Assembly (NCBI GenBank): GCA_038231455.1
Contig: JBBRLI010000007.1
Location: forward strand, 64,001 to 128,000
Source of the DNA: Vulcanimicrobiales bacterium
GTDB taxonomy: Bacteria > Vulcanimicrobiota > Vulcanimicrobiia > Vulcanimicrobiales > Vulcanimicrobiaceae
Length of the DNA stretch: 64,000 nt
Direction of reading: 5' to 3'
Positions 30,213 through 45,716 of the stretch are shown here, one piece after another; positions within the stretch are counted from its first letter, which is position 1, and each line of letters opens with the position of its first letter. The translations under genes and the position numbers were made by a program. The notes under the pieces are model-generated. The model ran no database searches and was not told the origin of the DNA. It was given only the letters and a program-made list of their open reading frames with translations.

Positions 30213-31741
30213 TGCGCGTTCTCGATGCCGCGCAGATGCGCGCGCTCGATGCCGCATCGGTCGCGAAGCTCGGCGAAATCGCGCTGATGCGCGCGGCCGG
30301 GGATGCGATCGCAACGGTGATCCCGCGTTACGCGCGACCGGGGACAGTAGTCGCCTTTGCCGGCGGCGGCAACAACGGCGGCGATGCATTCTCCGCGCTC
30401 GCAGCGGCCGATCTGAACATGACGCGCACGGTGTACGGCGATGCATCTGAGGCCGATTCGCCCGCGCGTAAAGACGCGATTGCCCGCGCGCGTGCGAGCG
30501 GCGTGCGAATCGAGCCGTTCCCCACCGACCCCGCGCACATCGAGGCGATCTGCCGCAAAGCGGGACTCGTCATCGACGGGCTGCTCGGCGTGAACGCGCG
30601 CGTCCCGCTCGGTGATGACATGGCGCAGATTGTCGCAGCGATCGTGCGTAGTGGCGCGCGCGTGCTCGCGTGCGATATTCCAACCGGCGTCGACCCGTCC
30701 ACGGGCGCGGTCAACGGTCCCGCGATCAAAGCCATCGCGACGATCACATTCGGCGCACCAAAGCTCGGGCTGTATCTCGATCCCGGACGCGGACACGCCG
30801 GGCATGCATATCTCGCCCGCATCGAAATGGCCGATGCCGATATTCCGCCCGGCGACCCCGTCTTCTATGCGCTCGACGATGCGGAATTCTGCGAACTCTT
30901 GCCCGTGCGCGCGGCCACGGCCGACAAACGCAGCGCGGGAGCGCCGCTCATTATTGCGGGGTCCGAGCAATTTCCCGGCGCAGCGATTCTTTGCGCGCGC
31001 GGCGCAGCTCGCGCGGGCGCGGGTTACGTGACGGTCGCAACCACGCAGGCCGCGGCTCCGGCGCTGCGTCTCCATCTCATCGAACAGGTCGTCGTGACGT
31101 ATGACGAGCGCGACCCCGACGCCGCGATCGAAACGCTCCTCGATCTTGGCAACCACTGTTCTTCGATTGCAATCGGCCCCGGCGTTGGACTGAGCGAGGG
31201 GATGGGGAAAATCGTTCGCGGCGTCATCGAAGGAACGACGCTGCCCGTCGTTGCCGATGCGAGCGCGCTTTTCCACTTGAGCAAACAACTCGACAAGCTT
31301 CGTTCGAAGCCGATCGTGATTACGCCGCACGCGGGTGAATTCGCGCGGCTCTCCGGCAAAGGCACGCTCGAAGAACGGGACCGCGTCGCGCGCATCCGCG
31401 ACTTCGTCGACGCGCACGGCGTCACGACACTCCTCAAAGGCCGCACGACACTGATCGCCGAGCGCCATGCAACGCACATCAACCCGACCGGGAGTGCCGT
31501 TCTCGCGACCGCCGGCACGGGAGACGTCTTGACCGGCGTAATCGCAACGCTGCTCTCTCAAGGTCTCTCACCACTCGATGCAGCGCGCATCGGGGCATAC
31601 TGGCACGGACGTGCCGGTCATCTCGCGCACGATGCACGACCGTACGGCGTTATTGCCGGCGACCTCCCCGACATGCTCGCCGCGGCGGCGAAAAACGCCG
31701 ATCACCGGCTCGCCGGCGACCGCATCGAACGGTTGTTTTAG
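30212..31741 (+). CDS. nnr: Bifunctional NAD(P)H-hydrate epimerase/dehydratase
   Basis: GGGNNGGD, DIPTG, GAGYV, IGPG, ITPHAGE, LATAGTGDVLTG. Confidence 0.93.
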   Translation: MRVLDAAQMRALDAASVAKLGEIALMRAAGDAIATVIPRYARPGTVVAFAGGGNNGGDAFSALAAADLNMTRTVYGDASEADSPARKDAIARARASGVRIEPFPTDPAHIEAICRKAGLVIDGLLGVNARVPLGDDMAQIVAAIVRSGARVLACDIPTGVDPSTGAVNGPAIKAIATITFGAPKLGLYLDPGRGHAGHAYLARIEMADADIPPGDPVFYALDDAEFCELLPVRAATADKRSAGAPLIIAGSEQFPGAAILCARGAARAGAGYVTVATTQAAAPALRLHLIEQVVVTYDERDPDAAIETLLDLGNHCSSIAIGPGVGLSEGMGKIVRGVIEGTTLPVVADASALFHLSKQLDKLRSKPIVITPHAGEFARLSGKGTLEERDRVARIRDFVDAHGVTTLLKGRTTLIAERHATHINPTGSAVLATAGTGDVLTGVIATLLSQGLSPLDAARIGAYWHGRAGHLAHDARPYGVIAGDLPDMLAAAAKNADHRLAGDRIERLF

Positions 31742-31747
31742 GACTCC

Positions 31748-34118
<2,371 letters not shown>

Positions 34119-34122
34119 CGTT

Positions 34123-37107
<2,985 letters not shown>

Positions 37108-37152
37108 GCCGCTCTTAGACCTCATCGAACGGGCGTTCGTTGCGCGCGACGA

Positions 37153-37377
37153 TTAGCGAGGCGGCATATGGTTGCCGAGGACGAAGCTGCCGAGCCCCGC
37201 GACCACGGCTACCGCACCGAAGATGCGGAGCATAAAGACGGCAGCGTCGCGCTGGAAGGTCTCGCTCTGCTGGCGACCCGTCGCAAAGGGCGTCCGGTCG
37301 TTGCGGATTTGGAGTACTTCGCCGACAGCGATCAAGATGAAACCGAAAACAACGATGGCGATCTGGAAAACGAACAC
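37153..37377 (-). CDS. Small two-TM membrane protein
   Basis: 74 aa, two hydrophobic segments, operon-like spacing. Confidence 0.55.
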   Translation of the reverse strand: MFVFQIAIVVFGFILIAVGEVLQIRNDRTPFATGRQQSETFQRDAAVFMLRIFGAVAVVAGLGSFVLGNHMPPR

Positions 37378-37380
37378 GTA

Positions 37381-38085
37381 TTAAACCACCCGGCGCGATG
37401 AGGCGCGCAGCTCGAGATACTCACCCACGATAACTAAGGTCGCGAAGGCGGTGACACATTGAATGATAACGGCGGATCCGACCAAGCCGATCAGCGGCGC
37501 AGCTGCGACGAGGCCGGCGAGTAAACCGACGACCAGATACACGACACCCAGTAAGATTGCGATCAAGAGCGTCGGGAAAAAGCGTTCGATCGCAATCGCA
37601 AACGACTCTTGCAGCGCACGCAGTCCCGGACGTTCTCCGACGACGGCCGAGGGCATCGTGTAGAGCGAGAGCAGATAGTACGCCAGCACCGAGATGCCGA
37701 GCGTCGGCGGTGCGAGGAAGATTGCGAGGACGCCGACGATACCGAGGCCGAGCATCGCAACGAAGACGTTCACGCCGTCACGAGCGAAGGCATCGCGCCC
37801 ATCGGCAAGCGACGTTTTTTCACGCGCCCACGCGGCGCCCGCCATGCCAGTGGTGTACGCGGTCGTCGCGATTTGCGCGACGAGCACGATGACGCCCGAG
37901 AGCAATTGAAGTCCGAGTTGGCGCACGATGCCGGGGACCGTCTCCGGGTTGTCGGCCGGAACGAGCAGCCATGAGAACATCCCCGAAACGACGCCGATGA
38001 GCAGTCCGGGAACGAGTAAGATCCAGTTGTTCGTAAGCAAATGCCACGAGCGTGAAAAGATGTGGCCGACGGGCTGCGACTGCAC
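37381..38085 (-). CDS. Multi-pass membrane protein of unknown function
   Basis: About 5-6 hydrophobic segments; G..AL..SF motif. Confidence 0.7.
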   Translation of the reverse strand: MQSQPVGHIFSRSWHLLTNNWILLVPGLLIGVVSGMFSWLLVPADNPETVPGIVRQLGLQLLSGVIVLVAQIATTAYTTGMAGAAWAREKTSLADGRDAFARDGVNVFVAMLGLGIVGVLAIFLAPPTLGISVLAYYLLSLYTMPSAVVGERPGLRALQESFAIAIERFFPTLLIAILLGVVYLVVGLLAGLVAAAPLIGLVGSAVIIQCVTAFATLVIVGEYLELRASSRRVV

Positions 38086-38112
38086 GCGAATCCCCTTTGG
38101 TCGGTAGCGCGG

Positions 38113-38871
38113 TTAGCGCGAGCGGTTCTGCTCGTGGACTTCGCGTCCTGCGGCGGGCGCGAGCGGAAGCACGCCGAGCACACCCGCGATCGTCGGCACG
38201 ATGGCATCCGGAGGCGGGGCGTTTGGGATGAGCGGAATGCGATGCACGTCCACAAGGACCGTAAAGAGGCCGAGTTCGAGCGCGCCCGCGACATCGCGGT
38301 CGTACCGGTCGCCGACCATCGCCGTGCGCTCGGGCGTGGAGCCGAGCGTCTCGCACGCAAGCGCGAAGACGCGCGGATCGGGTTTGACCATGCCCATCTC
38401 ATCGGCGATGAAGAGCGCATCGAAGAGCGGGGTGAGCCCAAGGAGCGCGATCTTCTCGTGATGCGTCTCGGCGAAACCGTTCGTGACGATCCCGAGCTTC
38501 ACACCGCGCTTCCGCAGCGCGAGGATCAGGTCCATCGAACCGGGCGAGAGTTCGAGCTCGTGCTTCCGGTATTCGGTGTACGCTGCCGCGCATTCAACCG
38601 CGAGCTCGGCGCGATCGAGTCCCGCCGCGCGGAGCGCTTCGAGCCACAGTTCGAAACGCGTATCGATCATGCGATTTGCCAGAGCGTCCGCCGAGAGCGC
38701 CTTCCAGAAATTCGACGCCTGCACGACGTACGCATCGAAGATGGTCGTGCCGTCGACCCCGTGCGCTGCGGCGACTTCCTGAGCGACGCGTCGCGCCGCA
38801 TTCTTATACGCTGCCGAATCGTCGTGGAGCGTGTCGTCCAGATCGAACAGAACGGTATCGATGATTCTCAA
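38113..38871 (-). CDS. HAD-family hydrolase
   Basis: FDLDDTL, VTNG, KPDP, MVGDRYDRDVAGA. Confidence 0.92.
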   Translation of the reverse strand: MRIIDTVLFDLDDTLHDDSAAYKNAARRVAQEVAAAHGVDGTTIFDAYVVQASNFWKALSADALANRMIDTRFELWLEALRAAGLDRAELAVECAAAYTEYRKHELELSPGSMDLILALRKRGVKLGIVTNGFAETHHEKIALLGLTPLFDALFIADEMGMVKPDPRVFALACETLGSTPERTAMVGDRYDRDVAGALELGLFTVLVDVHRIPLIPNAPPPDAIVPTIAGVLGVLPLAPAAGREVHEQNRSR

Positions 38872-41306
38872 AAGGTTACCCGAAACGAGCGCAGCCCGAA
38901 GGCCGGAAGCGTGAAGTGTAAGGATTCGTCGACGAGTCGGACGTCGCCCGCGACCGACCGTTCGACGGCATCGACTGAATACACGGCGCGCGCGCGGCCG
39001 CCGCTGCGCAGTTCGACCGGGCGCGTTTGGCCATTGCATTCGCGCACGCGCACGATGACGCCGTCGCCGTCCTCGGCCGGCTTTGCCGCGACAATGAGGA
39101 CGGCCGGGTCATCGCAGCTGAAGAGCCGTACGCGTGGCGCATGCGCGTAGTCAAGCCACGCCTGCTCGAGTCCCGAGATCGTCACGCCATCGGTCGGCAC
39201 GAGCGCGTAGGAAATGTGCTGTTCGCCGCGATCGGCGTGCGGCGAGGGCCAGTTGGTCGAGCGCAACAGCGAATGACCGAGCGCAATACCGGGTTCGAGG
39301 CCGCGTGCCGACCAGCCGTACGAGTCGGTGACGAACTGCGCGAATCCAAAACCCGCCGTCTCCAGCGCTGCATAGCGGTGTCCGGGCGCTTCGAATTTTG
39401 CGCGCTCGGCAGCGGTCTGCGGATACGCGCTGCGAACGACCGTCCCGTGCGGCGCACCGTAGCGCACGTCGCGCGCGTCCGTTGCGATCCAATGTTCGTT
39501 CCGCAGCAGCACGTGCTCGGCGTTCCAAGCAATTGCAAGCTCCACGCGCAGCCACGGTTCGTCGGCTGCAAGCCAGAGGCGCATCGCAATCGGCGAATCG
39601 CCGCATCGCAGACGCACGACGAGCGCCTCATCTTCGACCGTCGCACCCTCACACCGAATACGGACCTGTTTACGCGTATAGGTGCGGTCGATATTCCAGG
39701 CATCCCATTTCTTGGGTTTATCGACATAGGCGCGCAAGCCGTTGATCACGCTTGCAACGTTCGGCCCGCTCGCCGTACCAAAATCGATAATCGTCCCGTC
39801 GCGCCGGATACGCGTGCGCACGTAGTCGTTTGCAAGATCGAACTCTTCGCCGTCGGCGCGCGGTGTGACGAGTCGCGCCGCGGGCGGATGCAGCTTCACC
39901 CGCGGCAAGATCGACTGCGCGCTCTCGAGTGTGCGCGCGGCGATTCGCTCGGCTTTGTCGTAATCTTCGTGGACCTCGGAATACACTTTGGCGATCGCCG
40001 TTCCGGTGATGACGTCGTGAAACTGATTGCGCAGCACGATCGTCCACGCGCGCTTCAAATCTTCGCGCAAGGTCGCGATCACCGTCGATGGCGCGCGAAC
40101 GGCAACGCACCAGGCTGCCGCTTCTTCTGCAGCTTCGAGCGCTCGTTCGAGCCCGGCGTTTCGTACCTTGAGCGCGCGGTGCGTCGTGAAGACGCCGCGA
40201 TGATATTCGAGATAGAGTTCCCCCGTGTGCGAAGGAAGCTCGTGCGTTGCGATCTCGTCGAGCCAAGCCCCAACGCTGGTCCAACGTACGTGTCCGGCGA
40301 GCGTGGCAAGATCGGCGTCGCGCGCTCCGCCTCCGCCATCGCCAAAACCGAGCACGAAGAGTTCGTCCCGCGTCCGACTCGCCGCGACGCGTTTTCGATC
40401 GATGCCGCCGTCGTACGAGGCAAGGAGCGCTGCGACGACGCGGCTTCCATCGGGTCCGTGCCAAGCAAACTGCGGATACGGAAAGACGGTCGTGTCGTTC
40501 CACATGAGTTTCGTCGTTGCGAAGCGGTGAATACCGGCGTGCGCGGCAAGCGTCGGAAATGTCGCGCAAAAGCCGAATGAATCCGGCAACCACGCAACGG
40601 TCGGCGTGAGCCCGAGCGCGCTTTGCGCGTACCGAATGCCATGTAAGAATTGTCGGAGCAGCGATTCGCCTGAGGGGATGTTGCAATCCGATTCGACCCA
40701 CAGCGCAGCGACGCTCGCGTCGATTCCGCCGCGCTCGATTGCACCCCGCACGCGCTCGAACAACGCGGGTTCGCTTTTTTCGAGGTACGCGTAGAGTTGC
40801 GGTTGCGACTGGGCAAAGACGTAGCCGCCGTCGATCTGACGCAGCGCCGTCGCAAGCGTGCGCGCGATCTTGCGTTTGGTCTCGGAAAACGTCCACAGCC
40901 ACGCGACGTCAAGATGCGCGTGACCGACCGCGGGCAGACCCTCGACGCCCTTCGGCACGGTACCGGCCATCGCGTTTGGCACGGATAGCTCGAGTTCCAG
41001 CGGTGGCGTTTGTTCGGCGCGCGCGAGCATCCAGCGCCACGCGATACCATCACCCGCCGGCAGGCCCGATGTCGGCAGCGACCGTTCTTCCACCGCGATA
41101 TCGAGCGCGCACGAACCGCGCGGCGGGGTCACGGTACACGTCTGATGTTCGCGATCGAACGCGCACACGACAACATCATCGATGCGCAAGAGTGCGCCCG
41201 TGCGGGTCGCATACGTGAGCGCGACGGGCGAGCCGTCAAAATCCGCGCGGCCGCGCAAACGCGCGACGCCCTCACGCGAATCAACGCGCTCGAGTGTCAC
41301 GCGCAC
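38868..41306 (-). CDS. Alpha-mannosidase (GH38)
   Basis: GHAHLDVAWLW, SGESLLRQ, WLPDSFG, GDGGGG, GELYLEYHRG, NQFHD. Confidence 0.92.
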   Translation of the reverse strand: MRVTLERVDSREGVARLRGRADFDGSPVALTYATRTGALLRIDDVVVCAFDREHQTCTVTPPRGSCALDIAVEERSLPTSGLPAGDGIAWRWMLARAEQTPPLELELSVPNAMAGTVPKGVEGLPAVGHAHLDVAWLWTFSETKRKIARTLATALRQIDGGYVFAQSQPQLYAYLEKSEPALFERVRGAIERGGIDASVAALWVESDCNIPSGESLLRQFLHGIRYAQSALGLTPTVAWLPDSFGFCATFPTLAAHAGIHRFATTKLMWNDTTVFPYPQFAWHGPDGSRVVAALLASYDGGIDRKRVAASRTRDELFVLGFGDGGGGARDADLATLAGHVRWTSVGAWLDEIATHELPSHTGELYLEYHRGVFTTHRALKVRNAGLERALEAAEEAAAWCVAVRAPSTVIATLREDLKRAWTIVLRNQFHDVITGTAIAKVYSEVHEDYDKAERIAARTLESAQSILPRVKLHPPAARLVTPRADGEEFDLANDYVRTRIRRDGTIIDFGTASGPNVASVINGLRAYVDKPKKWDAWNIDRTYTRKQVRIRCEGATVEDEALVVRLRCGDSPIAMRLWLAADEPWLRVELAIAWNAEHVLLRNEHWIATDARDVRYGAPHGTVVRSAYPQTAAERAKFEAPGHRYAALETAGFGFAQFVTDSYGWSARGLEPGIALGHSLLRSTNWPSPHADRGEQHISYALVPTDGVTISGLEQAWLDYAHAPRVRLFSCDDPAVLIVAAKPAEDGDGVIVRVRECNGQTRPVELRSGGRARAVYSVDAVERSVAGDVRLVDESLHFTLPAFGLRSFRVTF

Positions 41307-41311
41307 GGAAG

Positions 41312-41725
41312 CTAGAACGTCTTTTCGATCGTGCTATTGGCGCGCGCGCAATCATTGCGCGCTTGATCGCTCGAAATCAGTTGCATACCCAGGGGAAGCG
41401 GGAGCGCACGCTCTTCATGTGGCCGATCGACCGTGAAGGCGACGTCGAGCGTTCCGCCGGCCGGCAGCGCGGGCACAATCTGCGTTCCGACTTTGATGCG
41501 ATTGCGCAGCAGGACGACCGACTGTTTCACATCGGCTACTTGATCGCGCTGACCGACATTGGTGAGGGTCCCCGTGACGATGATGTGATCGGCTTTGCCG
41601 CGTTCGGCGATCACCTTGATGCGCAAGTTTCCAAGCGACGCATCGGCGGCCGGGCAAGGCGACGGCGGCGGCGCCGGCGCGGGGCTGGCCAAGAAGAGTG
41701 CGAGGGCGAGCAGAAGATGGTTCAC
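41312..41725 (-). CDS. Exported Ig-like (CARDB-like) hypothetical protein
   Basis: Short signal peptide, Pro-rich linker, LTNVG...LPAGG pattern, two Cys. Confidence 0.55.
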   Translation of the reverse strand: MNHLLLALALFLASPAPAPPPSPCPAADASLGNLRIKVIAERGKADHIIVTGTLTNVGQRDQVADVKQSVVLLRNRIKVGTQIVPALPAGGTLDVAFTVDRPHEERALPLPLGMQLISSDQARNDCARANSTIEKTF

Positions 41726-41727
41726 GT

Positions 41728-42636
41728 TTAGCGTAACCGCGGCGGCGTCGCGAACGATGCATGCCGCGCGAACCATTCGCGGATCACCCCGATCGTCTCG
41801 AGCGGGCGTTCGCGCTGGACGAAATGTCCGCACCCGGAAAACGTCGCGCGGCGATACGGCCCGCGAAAGAAGGCGTCTTTGTTCTGGGTCGTTTCCGGGA
41901 GGGTGGCCCCGTCTTCATCGCCGTGCAGAACGAGCGTTGCGACATCGAGCGGCGGCAAGCCATCAAGATAGGAGCGGTCGAGCGCGTAACGCGTGTGACC
42001 GGGGACAAAGCCCCAGCGTTGCCGGTACGAATGGACGACGATCTTCACAAATTCGGGATTGTCGAAGGCGGCGGCGGTCCGCTCGTATTCTTCGGCCGTG
42101 AATGCCCAACTCGGCGACCACAATTTCCAGAGCGATTCGCAAAACGCGTAACGATCGTTCTCTAGCGCTTCGACGCCGCGGTCCGTGCCGAAATACCACT
42201 GGTACCAGTAGGCCCGATTTTGCTCGGGCGATAGCCGCTGATCGGCAAGATTCGTACCGTAGCCAACGGCGATCGCGACCATCGAGGCGATGCGATGCGG
42301 CTCGAGCGCGGCGGCAACGTAGGCGGCGCGTGCGCCCCAATCGTGGCCGACCAGCGCAAAGCGCTCGACCCCGACGGCATCGGCGAATTCGAGGATGTCG
42401 CGGCCGAGCGCCGCTGTCTCACCGGTCGTATGCCAGGCGTCGCGGATTTTCGTTTCGCCAAAACCGCGGACCGATGGCACGAAAACACGCATCCCATCGG
42501 CGGCCAACGCTTCGGCTAAATGATCCCACGTGCGAATGCTATCGGGGAAGCCGTGGACGAGAACGACCGGCGGTCCATGACGAGGACCGCGCACTTCATA
42601 GGCGATCTCGAGAACCGGGGTGACGGCGTAGGGCAT
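41728..42636 (-). CDS. Alpha/beta hydrolase (epoxide hydrolase-like)
   Basis: HGFPD, RGFG, GHDWGA, CGHFVQRE. Confidence 0.92.
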   Translation of the reverse strand: MPYAVTPVLEIAYEVRGPRHGPPVVLVHGFPDSIRTWDHLAEALAADGMRVFVPSVRGFGETKIRDAWHTTGETAALGRDILEFADAVGVERFALVGHDWGARAAYVAAALEPHRIASMVAIAVGYGTNLADQRLSPEQNRAYWYQWYFGTDRGVEALENDRYAFCESLWKLWSPSWAFTAEEYERTAAAFDNPEFVKIVVHSYRQRWGFVPGHTRYALDRSYLDGLPPLDVATLVLHGDEDGATLPETTQNKDAFFRGPYRRATFSGCGHFVQRERPLETIGVIREWFARHASFATPPRLR

Positions 42637-42672
42637 ACGACGTCGTTCGTCAGTGCTTGCTTACTTCCGGCC

Positions 42673-42858
42673 CTATGCCGAGGCGTCGACGGCTGGGGGT
42701 AAGTTAATGTCGATGGGCGCGGCAACCGGCTGAGCAAATTGTTCGACGGCGGTTGGCGGTGCCGACGCGTCGGCGTCGGCGGGGGCGGACGACGGCGGGA
42801 GCGGCGTGCTCTGCACGACCGCGGTATCGATAGGTCCGGAGACCGGTCCGACGCTCAT
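42673..42858 (-). CDS. Small Pro/Ala-rich acidic protein (61 aa)
   Basis: Start overlaps the upstream stop (TGATG); low complexity; no Lys or Arg. Confidence 0.45.
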   Translation of the reverse strand: MSVGPVSGPIDTAVVQSTPLPPSSAPADADASAPPTAVEQFAQPVAAPIDINLPPAVDASA

Positions 42859-43121
42859 CAGGCAAGACCCGTGAACGCGGCTGGGACCGAACTTGCAAAG
42901 AGTGTCTGCGAGGAAGATTGCCCGGCTGTTGTCCCGACAGCGGTCGAATTGGCGCCTTCGCCGATTTCGTCTGTGCCCTGGTCGGCGCCGGCTTCTTCGG
43001 ATGAATTGGCCACGTTCGAAATCGAGGGGTTGGACGGTGGCGGAGCCGTCGAGACCGGGGTCGTCGATGTCGTCTCGGGCGGGACATAGGCCGCGGGGGC
43101 GGCCGGGGCGATCGTGCTCAA
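42858..43121 (-). CDS. Small Ser/Thr/Ala-rich acidic protein (87 aa)
   Basis: GAGGAG RBS before TTG; upstream TTGCTC-N17-TAAGAT (43180-43152). Confidence 0.5.
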   Translation of the reverse strand: MSTIAPAAPAAYVPPETTSTTPVSTAPPPSNPSISNVANSSEEAGADQGTDEIGEGANSTAVGTTAGQSSSQTLFASSVPAAFTGLA

Positions 43122-43227
43122 AACAGACTCCTCGAAGTGACGTGTCCCATCATCTTACTTGCCTGCCAACCCAAGAGCAAGCGCCCGCCGTCACACCGTG
43201 TTGCCCGGCCTACCCCCGGCGAACACG

Positions 43228-45273
43228 TTAGGTGCCGACGAGTTCGCGCAGAGCGTGGCTGAGAATCTTTGGGGCTTTGCCTTGGAAGAGCAGGCTCTCA
43301 TTGCCGCCGATTTGCTTGCGCAGTTCGACGAGTTCGTCGCGCAGCGCGGCAGCTTTTTCGAACTCCAGGTTGCCGGCGAACTCGCGCATTTTTTTCTCGA
43401 TCTCCGCCGCCATTGCCATTGCGACATCGCGCGGAATTTTCTCCGCGCGTAGCGCTTGGGCATCGGTTCCGGGCGCACCGACGAGCGCGAGAATGTCGCG
43501 TACTTCTTTGCGCACGGATTTCGGTTCGATTCCATGCTCGAGGTTGTAGGCGACTTGCGTCTCGCGACGGCGTTTGGTTTCGCCCAGAGCCCGCGCCATT
43601 GATTCGGTGATGACGTCGGCATACATGATCACTTTGCCCTCGACGTTGCGCGCGGCGCGCCCGATCGTTTGGATGAGCGAGGTGCCCGAGCGCAGGTAGC
43701 CTTCTTTATCGGCATCGAGAATGCCGACGAGAGAGACTTCGGGAAGATCGAGCCCTTCGCGTAAGAGATTGATGCCCACGAGCACGTCGAACTCGCCTTT
43801 GCGCAGGTCGCGCAGAATCGCGATGCGCTCGAGTGTCTCGACTTCGCTATGCAAATAGCGCACTTTGATGCCGTTTTCGAGCAGATAGTCGGTGAGGTCT
43901 TCGGCCATTTTTTTTGTGAGCGTCGTAACGAGCACGCGTTCGTCTTTTTCGGTGCGCTTGCGAATCTCGTCCATCAAATCGTCGACCTGATGGCGCGTCG
44001 GCCGCACCTCGACTTCGGGATCGACCAGACCCGTCGGACGGATCACCATCTCGACGACTTGCGCCGACTTGCCAAGTTCGTACGTTGCCGGTGTCGCCGA
44101 GACGTAAACGATCTGCTTGATGTGTTTGTCGAATTCTTCAAAGGTCAGCGGACGATTGTCGAGTGCGGAAGGCAAGCGGAAACCGTGTTCGACAAGTGAT
44201 TCTTTGCGCGAGCGATCGCCGCCGTACATGCCGTGCACTTGCGGGATCGACACGTGCGACTCGTCGACGAAAATCAGCCAATCATCCTGCGGGAAGAAGT
44301 CGAGCAGACACCAGGGAGTCGAACCCGATTCGCGACCGGCCAAGTGACGCGAATAATTCTCGACGCCGTTGCAGTAGCCGACTTCGCGCAGCATGTCCAA
44401 ATCGTAGCGCGTGCGCTGCTCGAGGCGCTGCGCTTCGAGCAATTTGCCTTCGCGCTTGAAAAATGCCAATCGTTCTTGAAGTTCTTCTTCGATCGCGATG
44501 ATCGCACGACCGAGCTTCTCTTCGGGCGTGATGTAATGTTTGGCCGGAAAAATTTTTAGCTCGGCTTTTGACTCGACGTATTCACCCGTAAGAATGTTGA
44601 CGACGTTGATCGCCTCGACCTCATCGCCAAAAAACTCGATCCGGTGAACGAGTTCGTCTTCAACACCGACATATTCGAGCGTATCGCCGCGCACACGGAA
44701 CGTCCCGCGAACCAAATTCAGATCGTTGCGACGGTATTGCATGCCAACAAGCTTGCGCAAAAAATCATCGCGATCGACCCGATCGCCAACTTTGATGTCC
44801 GCGGAAAGCTCCATGTAGTCGGCGGGCGAGCCCAAACCGTAAATACACGAAACAGAAGCTACGATTAGCGTATCTTTACGTGTAAGCAGTGACTGCGTCG
44901 CCGAATGCCGCAAACGCTCGACCTCATCATTGATCGAACTATCCTTAGCGATATACGTATCGGTATGCGCGATATACGCCTCAGGCTGATAGTAGTCGAA
45001 GTACGAAACAAAATACTCAACCGCATTATTCGGAAAAAACTCCCGAAACTCAGCACACAGCTGCGCAGCCAGCGTCTTGTTATGGCAAAGCACAAGCGTC
45101 GGCTTCTGAACCGACTCAACGACCTTGGCCATCGCCATCGTCTTGCCCGAGCCCGAAACGCCAAGCAACGTCTGTGCACGGAGCCCACGTTTGATTCCGT
45201 CGGCAAGGGCGGCGGTCGCCTTGGGCTGATCGCCCGCCAGCTCGTAAGGCGATTCCAATTTAAATTGCGGCAT
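43228..45273 (-). CDS. uvrB: Excinuclease ABC subunit B
   Basis: [56 protein letters not shown]-terminal UVR domain. Confidence 0.98.
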   Translation of the reverse strand: MPQFKLESPYELAGDQPKATAALADGIKRGLRAQTLLGVSGSGKTMAMAKVVESVQKPTLVLCHNKTLAAQLCAEFREFFPNNAVEYFVSYFDYYQPEAYIAHTDTYIAKDSSINDEVERLRHSATQSLLTRKDTLIVASVSCIYGLGSPADYMELSADIKVGDRVDRDDFLRKLVGMQYRRNDLNLVRGTFRVRGDTLEYVGVEDELVHRIEFFGDEVEAINVVNILTGEYVESKAELKIFPAKHYITPEEKLGRAIIAIEEELQERLAFFKREGKLLEAQRLEQRTRYDLDMLREVGYCNGVENYSRHLAGRESGSTPWCLLDFFPQDDWLIFVDESHVSIPQVHGMYGGDRSRKESLVEHGFRLPSALDNRPLTFEEFDKHIKQIVYVSATPATYELGKSAQVVEMVIRPTGLVDPEVEVRPTRHQVDDLMDEIRKRTEKDERVLVTTLTKKMAEDLTDYLLENGIKVRYLHSEVETLERIAILRDLRKGEFDVLVGINLLREGLDLPEVSLVGILDADKEGYLRSGTSLIQTIGRAARNVEGKVIMYADVITESMARALGETKRRRETQVAYNLEHGIEPKSVRKEVRDILALVGAPGTDAQALRAEKIPRDVAMAMAAEIEKKMREFAGNLEFEKAAALRDELVELRKQIGGNESLLFQGKAPKILSHALRELVGT

Positions 45274-45400
45274 GGAACCGTTCTAACACGCCGCGCAGCC
45301 ACCATGGTGGCACGCGCAACGATTACTCTACGACAACGATGCAAGGCGCGCCCACGGGGAATCGCGCCCAGCCACCCTGTTCAGGCGCGCCAAGACCCGG

Positions 45401-45426
45401 GGGCCCCGCGCCGCAGGCGTGGGGGG
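45401..45426. repeat. GC-rich REP-like hairpin
   Basis: CCCCGCGCC-GCA-GGCGTGGGG imperfect palindrome in the uvrB-prs intergenic region. Confidence 0.45.
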
Positions 45427-45460
45427 CGCGGAGCGGAGCGCAGCGCCTTCAAACCCGCAC

Positions 45461-45570
45461 GCCACGAACTCTGCCCTCAGGCAAGCAACCGGCAAGCCAC
45501 AAGCTCCGCCCTCAGGCCAGCAACCGGCATGCCACACAACCACGCCCTCAGGCCAGAACCGACAAGCCAC
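45461..45570. repeat. Three imperfect 35-bp tandem repeats
   Basis: Units at 45461, 45496 and 45531, each GCCAC...GCCCTCAGGC(A/C)AG(C)AACCG(G/A)CA; partial fourth GCCAC. Confidence 0.85.
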
Positions 45571-45716
45571 CATCAAACCCACCGGCGCGGCAAAGCCGCT
45601 AGCATACGCGATGCGGCAAAGCCCAGGAGCAAAGCCACAAAGCAACCACGTTTACAGGCCACCACGCCTGAAACTAGAAGCTATCGGGCCCTGCGCCTTT
45701 CCCGGAGAATCCGTCT

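Noticed and set aside
45461-45570. 35-bp repeats as a CRISPR array
   Set aside because: The units are contiguous with only 7-8 variable nt, there are no 25-45 nt unique spacers, and no cas genes are in the window
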